From contig JACPMF010000004.1 of the NCBI GenBank assembly GCA_016186145.1, positions 345-64,344 on the forward strand: 64,000 bases of DNA, written 5' to 3'. The position numbers were made by a program, and so were the translations under genes. Shown in pieces: positions 28,125 through 37,544 of the stretch (its first letter is position 1; the number at the start of each line of letters is the position of its first letter). Under the pieces are notes generated by a model. It saw only the letters and a list, made by a program, of their open reading frames with translations. It was not told the origin of the DNA and did not search any database. This DNA is from Candidatus Sungiibacteriota bacterium (lineage in GTDB: Bacteria; Patescibacteriota; Minisyncoccia; Sungbacterales; SURF-37).

Positions 28125-29372
28125 ATGACCGAAGTCGATACAACAAGCTCCGCCGTTGCACCCACTGTCGCCGAAAAAGGGCAACACCCCCTAGAACTCC
28201 TTCTCAAAGAACGGGGTGGCCGCGACTACGCCCTGAAAGAAGGGGACCTTATCGAAGGAACAATTATGGAAAAACGAGGCAGCCGCCTCTTTATAGACTT
28301 GAAAAACCGGGGTACCGGAATTGTCTACGGGCGGGAATTTTACGACGCGCAGAACGTTATAAAAACACTGAAGCCGGGAGACCGAGTGAGCGCAAAGGTT
28401 GTCGACCTAGATAACGACGATGGATTCATAGAACTTTCGCTTTCCGAAGCGGGCAGAGAAAAAGAATGGCAGGAAATAAAACACGCGATAGACGAAAACA
28501 CGGTACTCACATTAAAAGTTGCCGACGCAAACCGGGGCGGACTCATTATAAACTACAAGGGGGCATCGGGATTTTTGCCGGCCTCGCAGCTCTCTTCAGA
28601 ACATTACCCCCGCGTTGACGGTGGCGACAAAAAGAAAATATTCACCGAGTTAAAAAAACTTGTGGGCACCGAACTTCAATTAAAAATCATCGACGCCAAC
28701 CAAGAGGAAGGAAAGCTGATTTTTTCTGAAAAAACAATGGGAGGAGCCGGTGCCCAAGAGAAGCTTTCGGCATATAACGTGGGGGACACGGTCGAAGGAG
28801 AAATAACCGGAGTTGTCACCTTCGGAGCATTCGTAAAATTCGACGAGGGACTGGAGGGCCTTGTGCACATCTCCGAAATTGATTGGCAACTTATCGAAAA
28901 TCCAACCGATGTCTTGAAAGTCGGTGAAAAAGTAAAGGCAAAAATAATCGACATCTCAGGAGACCGCGTATCACTTTCCCTTAAGGCCCTCAAAAGCGAC
29001 CCGTGGCTGAAGGCGCCGGAGCGCTATAAAAAAGGCGACCTTGTCCACGGGAAAGCCGTGAAGTACAACCCATTTGGGGTTTTCATAAAACTTGACCCGG
29101 AAATTCAGGGTCTTCTCCACATTTCTGAATTCGGAACAGAACAAAAAATGCGCGAAAAAATAAGGCTGAACGAAGAATATCAACTCAGAATTCTCTCGGT
29201 TGACGCAAAGGACCACCGCCTCGCCCTTGGCCTGACCGAACGTCACCCGGACAAGGAAACCCGGGAAGAACAGGAGGAAGAGGTCTCAAAAACACCAGCA
29301 ACCGAAGAACCAAAAGAAGTTCCTCCCGCCCCGGAAGAAAACCCGGAAAAAGCGCTTCCTGAAGGAACCTAA
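28125..29372 (+). CDS. rpsA: 30S ribosomal protein S1 (four S1 domains)
   Basis: GFLPASQL, FGAFVKF..GLEGLVHISEI, QGLLHISE; acidic tail. Confidence 0.92.
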   Translation: MTEVDTTSSAVAPTVAEKGQHPLELLLKERGGRDYALKEGDLIEGTIMEKRGSRLFIDLKNRGTGIVYGREFYDAQNVIKTLKPGDRVSAKVVDLDNDDGFIELSLSEAGREKEWQEIKHAIDENTVLTLKVADANRGGLIINYKGASGFLPASQLSSEHYPRVDGGDKKKIFTELKKLVGTELQLKIIDANQEEGKLIFSEKTMGGAGAQEKLSAYNVGDTVEGEITGVVTFGAFVKFDEGLEGLVHISEIDWQLIENPTDVLKVGEKVKAKIIDISGDRVSLSLKALKSDPWLKAPERYKKGDLVHGKAVKYNPFGVFIKLDPEIQGLLHISEFGTEQKMREKIRLNEEYQLRILSVDAKDHRLALGLTERHPDKETREEQEEEVSKTPATEEPKEVPPAPEENPEKALPEGT

Positions 29373-29377
29373 ACAAT

Positions 29378-29940
29378 CCCGCCGAAGGCGGGATTTTGGT
29401 TTGTTTATCCGCCTTCGCAGAAAACCGCGGGCGTTAGCCCGCGGGATGAATGCGGGGCGGACCCTCCGAAGCCTTGGCGAAGGAGGGTGGAATGCTACGG
29501 CGGATTCCACTCCGCGGTCAATCTTTGAGAGAAGATACCGCGGGCGTGAGCCCGCGGAGCTTCATAAACCGGATGCAATAATTCTCGGTTTTGACCTTTG
29601 GGTCGCCTTCTATGAATTACCGCGCTGCAAACAGCGCGGTATCTTACCCCAGCCCCAATTTTGCTGTTTTGACGAGGCGAAGCGCTTCGCCCATATACAG
29701 GATGCGCTATTCGCGCACGCGCTTCGCTTTGTTTATTATAGGTTTTTGCTTACCTCATGATTCACCTGTTTTACAAAGGCACAATTGGAGCGGGGTTAAT
29801 TTCGTACTCCGCAATTCACCCCACACATAACTATAAGTTATGTGTGGGGTTCATCCGTCCCGCTTCAAGCGGGACGGAATTCTTGCGGACGAAATTAAAA
29901 AAATAAACCCGCCAAGATAGCTTGGCGGAAAATTTCCTCA
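29378..29940. repeat. cluster of nested palindromic/REP-like elements
   Basis: ATCCCGCCGAAGGCGGGAT; CCGCGGGCGTTAGCCCGCGG-type hairpin twice; CCCTCCGAAGCCTTGGCGAAGGAGGG; ACCCCACACATAAC..GTTATGTGTGGGGT; CCGTCCCGC..GCGGGACGG. Confidence 0.75.
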
Positions 29941-29943
29941 TCA

Positions 29944-30753
29944 CTACGGAATAAACATATTAACTCCCCTACTTACTCCGCTCTTGAAAAGATCGCCGAT
30001 AAACCCGGCAGGACACTTGAATAAAGCGCTTTCCTTTTTCGGATTATTGATCAATCCGCCTTTGATCAGACGGCTCAACACGTAATCTCCGCGCCAGACG
30101 ATAATGAAAGAAAAATCGTTCCCGATCTCAAGCGACTCGTCATTGTTTATACAAATGCGATCCGTAACCTTTTTAAGGCCGCGCTCAAAATACTGTTCGC
30201 CATAGTGACTCTTCATAAATTCGGTGTAGGCCTTGATCTCTTCGGGCTTCTGGAGCGGCGGCGGGCTTACGGACATACCGACCTCGGCAAGCGCGTCATT
30301 CCCGGAGAGCACCCGCGTATTCTGCCGATGAACCCTCTCTGTCTCGTCAGAATAAATGGTAAAACCCTTTTTTCTTACCTCGGCTCGGGTATCCCCTAAA
30401 ATGCCACTTTTCTCATCCGTTTCCCGAATCGACTTGAAAACTTCAACCATGCGCTCAATATCAGGAATCGTACAATCGTTTACAGTTGTTTGAAGTTTTT
30501 CAACTCGCTCTTTTGGATCCGACTTAAACAAAGAAACCGGATTAAGCTTCGCAAGAAATCCCTTCTTCGGTGGAGACTCTATTTCGCGTTCTGCCTGTTT
30601 AAGTTCCTGACACGACTTTACAAAAAGCCCGGTGGTCCTGAAATCAAACGACTCTTTTTTGATAATGGACAAGCCTGTTGAAGCGCATCCGGAAAGAAAA
30701 ACCGCCAAAACAATAATGCCGGCAAAAAAAACGGCGTCCCGACGAACCATCAT
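29944..30753 (-). CDS. hypothetical lipoprotein
   Basis: Lipobox LSGC after hydrophobic signal; 269 aa. Confidence 0.7.
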   Translation of the reverse strand: MMVRRDAVFFAGIIVLAVFLSGCASTGLSIIKKESFDFRTTGLFVKSCQELKQAEREIESPPKKGFLAKLNPVSLFKSDPKERVEKLQTTVNDCTIPDIERMVEVFKSIRETDEKSGILGDTRAEVRKKGFTIYSDETERVHRQNTRVLSGNDALAEVGMSVSPPPLQKPEEIKAYTEFMKSHYGEQYFERGLKKVTDRICINNDESLEIGNDFSFIIVWRGDYVLSRLIKGGLINNPKKESALFKCPAGFIGDLFKSGVSRGVNMFIP

Positions 30754-31101
30754 GGCTGTACCTCTTTTCAGATTTCAAAAAACTATTGTTGTATTTACCC
30801 CAACATTAGTTCTCTCGTCACCCCTTGTCAATACGATACGATTCTGAACTATGCGAAGGCAAGCCCCCGCGGTTCTTAAGGATAACTACCCAGCTCAAAT
30901 TTTGCTTCACGGGCCAAAGCGAAGCGCTTCGCCCGAATGCGGGATGTGCCTATTCGGCACGCGCGCTTCGCTCTGTTTTCAGACGACATTCCTTTGATAA
31001 AAACAGCACTGCGGGATAATGGCAAAATTTGAGCGGGGTTAGCCCTCGTGCTCCGCCATTCATCGCGGCGGCAAGCCGCCGCGGTTTCTGGCGGACTCGG
31101 G

Positions 31102-31611
31102 CTAAAAAGCGCCAGCAACACGCCCAATCGCAACGCCAACCGCTATCGCAATTCCCCCAATCGACGCCATCCGAAGACTACCTTTCCAGATATTCGTCTT
31201 GGAAAGTTTCGCGCCGATAATGCCGAGAACGAAAAGAGCGGCAAGCGAAAGACCGATTGAATACCATAGTGCGTTTCCCGGCGTCAAAAAAATATAAGGA
31301 AAAAGGGGTATGAAACCGGAGAAAAAATAAGAAACAAACATTATGCCCCCGCTGGTGATCGGGAACGCGAACGGCGCTTCGGTTTGGCGCAAATACCCTT
31401 CTGCGGAGTGCTCGGAAAGAAAACTCCCGACAGCCATAGAAAACGCTTCGACAAAAACAAGAATAATGCCCGTGATAAGAATTGCCCGCGCCCCCACTCC
31501 GGCAATAGAAACCCCGGAAAGCAGCCCAACGGTCGACACCAAGCTGTCTTCAACCCCGAAAACGAAATTTCGGAGATAGGACGCAGAATATAAATTTTGT
31601 TCGCGAGCCAT
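31102..31611 (-). CDS. VIT1/CCC1 family iron/manganese transporter
   Basis: LRNFVFGVEDSLVST, EAFSMAVGSFLSE, GFIPLFPY; start trimmed to ATG 31611. Confidence 0.9.
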   Translation of the reverse strand: MAREQNLYSASYLRNFVFGVEDSLVSTVGLLSGVSIAGVGARAILITGIILVFVEAFSMAVGSFLSEHSAEGYLRQTEAPFAFPITSGGIMFVSYFFSGFIPLFPYIFLTPGNALWYSIGLSLAALFVLGIIGAKLSKTNIWKGSLRMASIGGIAIAVGVAIGRVAGAF

Positions 31612-31630
31612 ATTCTTTAAAAGAGTTGTG

Positions 31631-32398
31631 TTACTGGGCAAGCCATCCCCCGTCCGCATAAAATGTCGCGCCGGTAACATAGCTTGCCTCGGATGACGCC
31701 AAGAACACAACCAGTGCTGAAATTTCTTCCGGCCTCCCGATTCTTTTCAAAGGAACCCGTTCCAAAATTTCTTTCAACATCTCCTTCCCAAGTTTCTTTC
31801 CTGACGCGCGAACCATCGGCGTATCAATCGCTCCGGGGGCGATTGCATTGACCGTAATGCCGAACCGCGCAAATTCCACCGCCATGCTTTCCGTCATGCC
31901 GATTATCCCGCCCTTTGAAGCCGCATAATGCACAGCCCCTTCAAAACCGATGCCGACCCCGCCCGAGGCGATCGAAGAAATATTAATGATCCGGCCCCAT
32001 TTCCTTTTTGCCATTTCCTTGGCCGCGCGCTGGGCGCATAAAAACTGGCCCTTCAAGTTGATATCGACGGTTCGGTCCCAATCCGCTTCAGTAAGCTTCA
32101 GGGCGGATTTCGGGGAATAAATGCCGGCATTGTTAACAAGGATATCCAGACGCCCAAACTGTTTTATCACACGGTCAAAAACCTGATCAACGGCAGTTTT
32201 ATTCGAGACGTCCATTTCGAAACACGCTGCCCGTCCCCCTTTTGACCTTACCTCTTTGACAACCCGCAAACACTCTTTTGCATCAATATCCGTTATAACA
32301 ACCCGTGCGCCCTGTCGCGCCAGCGCAAGCGCATGGGTCCGGCCCATCCCGCGCCGTGCGCCGGTAATAAATGCAACCTTATTTTTAAGTTCAAACAT
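31631..32398 (-). CDS. SDR family oxidoreductase (FabG-like)
   Basis: TGARRGMG, LVNNAG, YAASKGG, NAIAPG. Confidence 0.93.
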   Translation of the reverse strand: MFELKNKVAFITGARRGMGRTHALALARQGARVVITDIDAKECLRVVKEVRSKGGRAACFEMDVSNKTAVDQVFDRVIKQFGRLDILVNNAGIYSPKSALKLTEADWDRTVDINLKGQFLCAQRAAKEMAKRKWGRIINISSIASGGVGIGFEGAVHYAASKGGIIGMTESMAVEFARFGITVNAIAPGAIDTPMVRASGKKLGKEMLKEILERVPLKRIGRPEEISALVVFLASSEASYVTGATFYADGGWLAQ

Positions 32399-32408
32399 AT
32401 TTTTATTT

Positions 32409-32789
32409 TTAGCGGAACCACTCTCTTAATGTCCTAGGCCAACCGACCACAAGAAACAACGCCAACGGCGCTCCCCAGTTTGCCCAACGTTCTACAAAAT
32501 CCCAAACCGGCATGCCAACAAGCGGCCGCACCAGCGCAGTCCAAAACCCCCAAAACGCCATCCACAACAGCACGATCCGAACCGGCTTTACTAAAATAAG
32601 CAGGGCGAGAATAACGTCAATAACGCCGACGAAAAACAAAAGCTGCGTCGCTGTTACAGAATCCGCAACCCCGAATCGGGCAAACCACCCGATCCATTCC
32701 TTTTTACCCTGAAGCGCAAAAACACCGTGGCCGATAAATTCTCCGGCGACCGAAATTCTTAAGACCCATTCAACAAATTTTGTATTCAT
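32409..32789 (-). CDS. DoxX-like membrane protein
   Basis: LRISVAGEFIGHG..., 3-4 TM segments. Confidence 0.65.
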   Translation of the reverse strand: MNTKFVEWVLRISVAGEFIGHGVFALQGKKEWIGWFARFGVADSVTATQLLFFVGVIDVILALLILVKPVRIVLLWMAFWGFWTALVRPLVGMPVWDFVERWANWGAPLALFLVVGWPRTLREWFR

Positions 32790-32896
32790 AGTGCTTTTAC
32801 AATAACTTTTTTAACCAGTAAAGCATCTTTCGACCAACGGATGCCGGATTAAAATCAAATAATAAGAGGTTTTCCGCATACAATTTTATTGTACCA

Positions 32897-33898
32897 CTAT
32901 ACGCCGCATCCTCCGCCGCTGGGCGTCGGAGCAGGTGTGATTTCGTTCAAAATCTGCCGATAACCAGACGCGCTTGAGTAGCGGGCGCCTAGGACCTCTT
33001 TCGGATCGGCGCTCCCCCATGAAACACCTTTCATTTCGAGATATTTTGCAATGGTAAGATACGTCCCGGGAAACCAATACGCATTCACCTGCAGAGCAAC
33101 TTTGTACATTTCGTTTTCGCTCACCCCCTGCGACGCCAAAAGTTCAAGAAGACCGAGCATTGCCATGCCGTGATTGCAATCGGGGAAATGAGTCGGGTTA
33201 TTACAGCACGGGCGATAGATATTTTTACTTACTCGTTCAACAATTTTCTGCTGAAGAGGCGTGAGGACAACAAAGGGGTGCCGGGAATAATGATCCATTG
33301 CGTCCCCCTTTGCGAGCGTCCATCCGCCGGTTGATGCAAAATTAGCCGCCTTTGCGAGCGCCTCCTCCGGCGAAGCGGGCGCTCTGCCGTCATAAGTCAC
33401 CATCGGTCCTCTGTCCAAAACGTCATTCTTATTTCCGAGGCCGAGGGCCCAAAAAAGGTTCAAAAGAAATCCCGAATTTTCCGGTGTGATTTTAATATTG
33501 CCGTTATCCGACCGCTCTAGAAACCGCAAATATTCATCACTAAGCCCTCCGCGACTCGCGTAAACGGATTTAAACCTCTCCCCGTCAATCACTCCGACAC
33601 TCACCATCTTAACGCCGAGATCCCCCCACCGAACCGGCAAAATTATCCCCGACGAAGGCAGAACTTTTTCTTCAAACGCGTCTCGCGCCGGCGCCTGCCC
33701 GTTTAAAGGAGGTTGAAATTCTGCCCGGCCCTGCCATGACTTTGGATCTGCTGTATAAAGCCAGGCCCCAACCAAGATAACCGCGGAAATCACTACGCTT
33801 GCAGGCAACAGATAACCCTCTTCCGCACCCCTTTCACTCTCTTCAGATTTTTCCACCAAGGGCGGATCCGTCTTAAACGAAAAGTTTTGGTTTGCCAT
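32897..33898 (-). CDS. membrane-anchored Cys-rich hypothetical protein
   Basis: IYRPCCNNPTHFPDCNHGMA motif and C-terminal GGGCGV. Confidence 0.75.
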   Translation of the reverse strand: MANQNFSFKTDPPLVEKSEESERGAEEGYLLPASVVISAVILVGAWLYTADPKSWQGRAEFQPPLNGQAPARDAFEEKVLPSSGIILPVRWGDLGVKMVSVGVIDGERFKSVYASRGGLSDEYLRFLERSDNGNIKITPENSGFLLNLFWALGLGNKNDVLDRGPMVTYDGRAPASPEEALAKAANFASTGGWTLAKGDAMDHYSRHPFVVLTPLQQKIVERVSKNIYRPCCNNPTHFPDCNHGMAMLGLLELLASQGVSENEMYKVALQVNAYWFPGTYLTIAKYLEMKGVSWGSADPKEVLGARYSSASGYRQILNEITPAPTPSGGGCGV

Positions 33899-33948
33899 AA
33901 TATTCTTCCCATTAGAACCAGACTATCACTGTGTGGTCTAACAAGAAC

Positions 33949-34413
33949 CTAACAACAATCCTCCATCTTTTTTTCAAGCTCCCCAACCGCCTTTCCACTC
34001 TCCTTCCCGGACCCGGCCAACCAATAGGGTTTCTTAAAAAACCATACTGCCAACAAAAGAAGAAACACTATTGATACGGCAAACGCAAATAACCAAGAAA
34101 GAATCAGGGCGTAAACAGCAATAAATCCGATGGGGATAAAAAGCGTTTTCCAGAGGAGCAAAGAAGAGCCTTGCGGCAGGCGTTTTTCCAATTGATACGC
34201 AATGCCCGCCACCGATCCGCCCATGGCTAACAAAGCTATCATCCTCCAACTCTCGGCTTCCAGCAAACCGGCGTACAGGCCAAAAAGAATCCAGAACCAC
34301 GTTCCGGAAACCCCGGCGCAAATCGGGCAAACGGTAAACGGCAGTATTTTATTCGACAACAACACCAGCCCCGTCAGGGCGAAAATCGAAACGGTTGCAA
34401 TAAAGATTTCCAT
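33949..34413 (-). CDS. membrane protein with CPIC and C-terminal CC
   Basis: VCPICAG, multiple TM segments, ends MEDCC. Confidence 0.75.
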   Translation of the reverse strand: MEIFIATVSIFALTGLVLLSNKILPFTVCPICAGVSGTWFWILFGLYAGLLEAESWRMIALLAMGGSVAGIAYQLEKRLPQGSSLLLWKTLFIPIGFIAVYALILSWLFAFAVSIVFLLLLAVWFFKKPYWLAGSGKESGKAVGELEKKMEDCC

Positions 34414-34421
34414 ACTTGGAT

Positions 34422-35213
34422 TTATAACAAAAAAATAATTACTCCCAGAGCAACCATCGCAAGGCCCCCCCCGAAACGCATCAATCCTTTTTCTTTCTGC
34501 TGCCAGCCCCTCACTTTCTCAACAAGCGTTGCGTTGCCGGCAACCAAAAGAATAATCACAAGCGGCAATATGAAAATGGCATTGTAAAGAAGCAGATAAC
34601 CAAGTCCTCTAAAATATGTCGCTTGGTCGTGCAAAAGCCCCAACACCATCAGATATGGTCCGCCGGTACACGGAAATTCGCAAAGCCCCACGAGACCGCC
34701 AAGAAAAAATGCCGTCGGCACCGATCCCTTTTCCATAAGCTCTGCCATTTTTCGATGGGCGGCAGAGGGAATCCGAAGCTTGATCGGAAATGAAGGGAAA
34801 AATTCATTTATGAGATTTATGAGTCCAAGAAGAACAAGAAGGAACGCCCCGACCCGCGCCATGAAATGAGGCGTGTTAAAGATATGGAGTGTTTGCAGAA
34901 CCCCAAGCCCGATCAGAATGTATATAACGAAAATGCCGGCAATATAAGCGCTGCCGATTTTCAGAACGCTTGAACGAACTTTCCCGATGCTGAAGAGAAA
35001 CGCGATCGTAAGAATCAAAATCGAGAACGCGCACGGATTTATGCTATCGATGAGTGCCGCAACACCGACAAGAGGCAAAAGCCACCTCCCGCCGTCTGAT
35101 AACTTCCACAGCGTCTCGGTCCCGATTCCGCTGAAACGGAAAAAAATAAATGTCGCAAGGAGAACAACGCCAACGGCAATAAGAACGGTAATTTTGAGTT
35201 TTGACTTTTCCAT
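34422..35213 (-). CDS. CcdA/DsbD-like transmembrane disulfide reductase
   Basis: DSINPCAF and EFPCTGGPY TM cysteines. Confidence 0.85.
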   Translation of the reverse strand: MEKSKLKITVLIAVGVVLLATFIFFRFSGIGTETLWKLSDGGRWLLPLVGVAALIDSINPCAFSILILTIAFLFSIGKVRSSVLKIGSAYIAGIFVIYILIGLGVLQTLHIFNTPHFMARVGAFLLVLLGLINLINEFFPSFPIKLRIPSAAHRKMAELMEKGSVPTAFFLGGLVGLCEFPCTGGPYLMVLGLLHDQATYFRGLGYLLLYNAIFILPLVIILLVAGNATLVEKVRGWQQKEKGLMRFGGGLAMVALGVIIFLL

Positions 35214-35222
35214 TTTAGATCG

Positions 35223-35720
35223 CTACGGAGTGACAAGGACTGTGAATCCGAGCTTGAGCGGCTCTCCGGCATTATTCTCTATAATTATTGCCCTATGAAT
35301 TCGACCGATCCCCGCAGGACCGTGGGCCGCCGGGTCAAAAACGACGTTAACAACGGCTTCCGCACCCGAAGCTATCGCTTCTTTAATGCTCGGCGAAAAT
35401 CCGTGCCCCGGCATGCCGTACGGACCGAAAACCTTACCCCCCACTTCAAGCGTGGCGCTGGTGCACATGCACGAGGTATACATTTTTTCTATAACCACCG
35501 ATTCTTGCCCGGTGTTTTTGATCCGAAACAAATGACTAACATTCCCGGCCGCCATCGAAACCGTACCAAAGTCAAAATCTTTCTCTTCTGCGCTTATTGC
35601 GCCGGTGGAACCCGAAACCGAAGGGGTGACAATACCACCCTCCGGAGAAGGACGCATGGCCCAAACAATCCCGGCAAAAGCAATTACTCCCGCCGCGATT
35701 CCAATAGTTATTTTATTCAT
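35223..35720 (-). CDS. DUF1573 Ig-like domain protein
   Basis: FDFGTV...F.IKNTG..YTSCMCT...FDPAAHGPAG. Confidence 0.8.
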   Translation of the reverse strand: MNKITIGIAAGVIAFAGIVWAMRPSPEGGIVTPSVSGSTGAISAEEKDFDFGTVSMAAGNVSHLFRIKNTGQESVVIEKMYTSCMCTSATLEVGGKVFGPYGMPGHGFSPSIKEAIASGAEAVVNVVFDPAAHGPAGIGRIHRAIIIENNAGEPLKLGFTVLVTP

Positions 35721-35857
35721 CCCGTTAGAAGCAGATCGCGATTAAATATCCACAATCTGCCTTTTTAATTATTTAAGCGTTAATAAAGATTTGTGAATCC
35801 CGAATAATCTCACAAGCAATCGCACCTGCCTACCGACAGGCAGGGCTTCTAACGGGA
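35720..35857. mobile_element. CCCGTTAGA-family element, copy E4 (at start codon of DUF1573 gene)
   Basis: TCCCGTTAGAAGC / GCTTCTAACGGGA; TTCA at 35716-35719 and 35858-35861; contains nested CCTGCCTACCGACAGGCAGG hairpin. Confidence 0.8.
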
Positions 35858-35953
35858 TTCATATGTTTTTAGGTTAGAGATTGGAATTAACAACAAGCCC
35901 CTTTTAAGGGACAAAGAAAAGACGCTCGACAAGCTAGTTACTGGTAACTAGTT

Positions 35954-36364
35954 TTATCGGCGCAGAAGAAAAGAGGCCGGACTGTTTTCGTGCAATGCAA
36001 GCCAATGGGTTAGTTCCCGTCGAACCAACCACGAAGAATCTAAAAATCGGTATGCCGCAAACGGCCGATTGAATAGAAAGTAAAACTGGAATCTTGGTAT
36101 TACGCCAAACCAAAAAACAATAAAAAACAAAAGCAAAAGAAGCCCGCCGATGCTGTCGCTAAAAATGGCCGCTGAAAAACTTCTAAAAGTGTCGAGATGA
36201 AACTTCGCAAATGAAAAAGTATTCCACCCTTCAGGACAATCTATTCCTTTGGCGATCGCCACGATACATCCGCCGTGGTCGTTTCCATGCCCCATAATCA
36301 TAAACCCAAAAACGGCAATTCCGACAAAACCGATAAGCACAAAAAGTGTAAAGAGTGGCTTCAT
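35954..36364 (-). CDS. hypothetical membrane protein
   Basis: Signal/TM, His-Cys patch HGNDHGGC...C, C-terminal WLALHENSP. Confidence 0.7.
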   Translation of the reverse strand: MKPLFTLFVLIGFVGIAVFGFMIMGHGNDHGGCIVAIAKGIDCPEGWNTFSFAKFHLDTFRSFSAAIFSDSIGGLLLLLFFIVFWFGVIPRFQFYFLFNRPFAAYRFLDSSWLVRRELTHWLALHENSPASFLLRR

Positions 36365-36737
36365 CCCGTTAGAGACCCGCCTGCCATCGCCTTTGTGTGA
36401 AGAAAGGAGGCGGTTCTATACTTTAACTTACTAATGTGTGATTTCTCAACTCTATAGAAGGGCATATGGCGGGCAGGTAGGACGCGGACGCACAAAACAC
36501 CCAACGCCCTATATTGTTATTGCTTACAAATTTTTACTCTTCTATAAAATTTTATTCGCGTCCGCGATCTCTAACGGGATTCATCCCGTTAGAAGCAGAT
36601 CGCAATCGCATAATTGCTATCTGAATACATTATTGTTCTATATCCCAATAATATTTTATGAATCTCGTAACTTCTACAAGCGATCGCGCCTGCCTGCCTA
36701 CTGGCAGGCAGGCCGACAAGCAGGGCTTCTAACGGGA
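36364..36737. mobile_element. tandem CCCGTTAGA-family elements E5 (36364-36579) and E6 (36584-36737)
   Basis: TTCA-[TCCCGTTAGA..TCTAACGGGA]-TTCA-[TCCCGTTAGA..TCTAACGGGA]-TTCA at the ATGAAG start codon. Confidence 0.8.
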
Positions 36738-36829
36738 TTCATAACCACAGTATAGCAAAGCGTGAGAAAAACACAAAAAGGAAATGGACCTCGTCCGTGC
36801 CAGTTGGAACCAGGTTATACAGTTTCTGC

Positions 36830-37240
36830 TTACTTGGCAGAAACTGCCAACTCTTGGAGTTTCTTCAGAGCTTCTTCTACAGAGTTGACTATAAAACCAG
36901 TTTTCTTTACGAACTCAATAGACCATTTCGGGTTCCTGTCTTCATGCCAAATGATAATCAGTTTATTACAAAAGTCACCAGGCATTTTCGTGTTGTTCGC
37001 ATAAAAATAACCTATTTCTATCCACGTTCCTTCCGAAGTCGCTAAACCAGGATTGGCAACCATAAAGTCAGCACTTTTTATTCCATTCAAATCATCAGGA
37101 AAAAATGTATCTGGAGAAGTTTGGTCTGAATCAAATTCATAATCGTGAAAATCAAAACTGTCTAACTTCTTGAATTCTTCCTTCCAATCATTTTCGTATT
37201 CGTTAGGTTGACCAGCAAGATATACTTTTTTCTTTTGCAT
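36830..37240 (-). CDS. nucleoside 2-deoxyribosyltransferase-like protein
   Basis: KVYLAG, DLNGIKSAD, SEGTWIEIGY (catalytic Glu motif); start trimmed to MQKKKV. Confidence 0.8.
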   Translation of the reverse strand: MQKKKVYLAGQPNEYENDWKEEFKKLDSFDFHDYEFDSDQTSPDTFFPDDLNGIKSADFMVANPGLATSEGTWIEIGYFYANNTKMPGDFCNKLIIIWHEDRNPKWSIEFVKKTGFIVNSVEEALKKLQELAVSAK

Positions 37241-37308
37241 AGATATACATGGATACAAGCATTTTAATATGGATTTGGTGGTCATTATACGATAAAATCA
37301 GAACCTTT

Positions 37309-37521
37309 TTTGAGCAAAATCCCGATTGATTTACCTAGTCATTCGGGTAGTCATTCACCCTACCTCGGAATGACTACCTTGCGTTTCTAAATCTGCCCAT
37401 CATTCCTATCTTTTCTGACTTAACTACCTCTAAAATCAAAGTCCGACTTTCCTCCTCCGGAGGACTGGCTCGCCGCCCTGCTGGTCGGCTCGCTTGGTCG
37501 CCGAAATTCCTCCCCTCAAAC
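37309..37521. repeat. left long inverted repeat of DGQHR cassette
   Basis: Blocks 37309-37389, 37424-37449 and 37450-37521 are reverse complements of 42933-43013, 42910-42935 and 42792-42863. Confidence 0.9.
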
Positions 37522-37544
37522 CCCTCCTTCCGGCTCCTTTTCCC

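Noticed and set aside
29401-29830. Short ORFs in the palindrome cluster (also 4493-4762, 14391-14660, 36438-36755, 42926-43156)
   Set aside because: They are translations of repeats or tRNAs, not credible proteins.
33905-33945. Possible seventh CCCGTTAGA element (TTCTTCCCATTAGA…TCTAACAAGAA)
   Set aside because: Arms are degenerate, no TSD is visible and the span is very short.
36360-36741. Possible CRISPR array
   Set aside because: Only one full junction palindrome and two half-sites, with 150-215-bp unequal interiors; better explained as tandem TIR elements.
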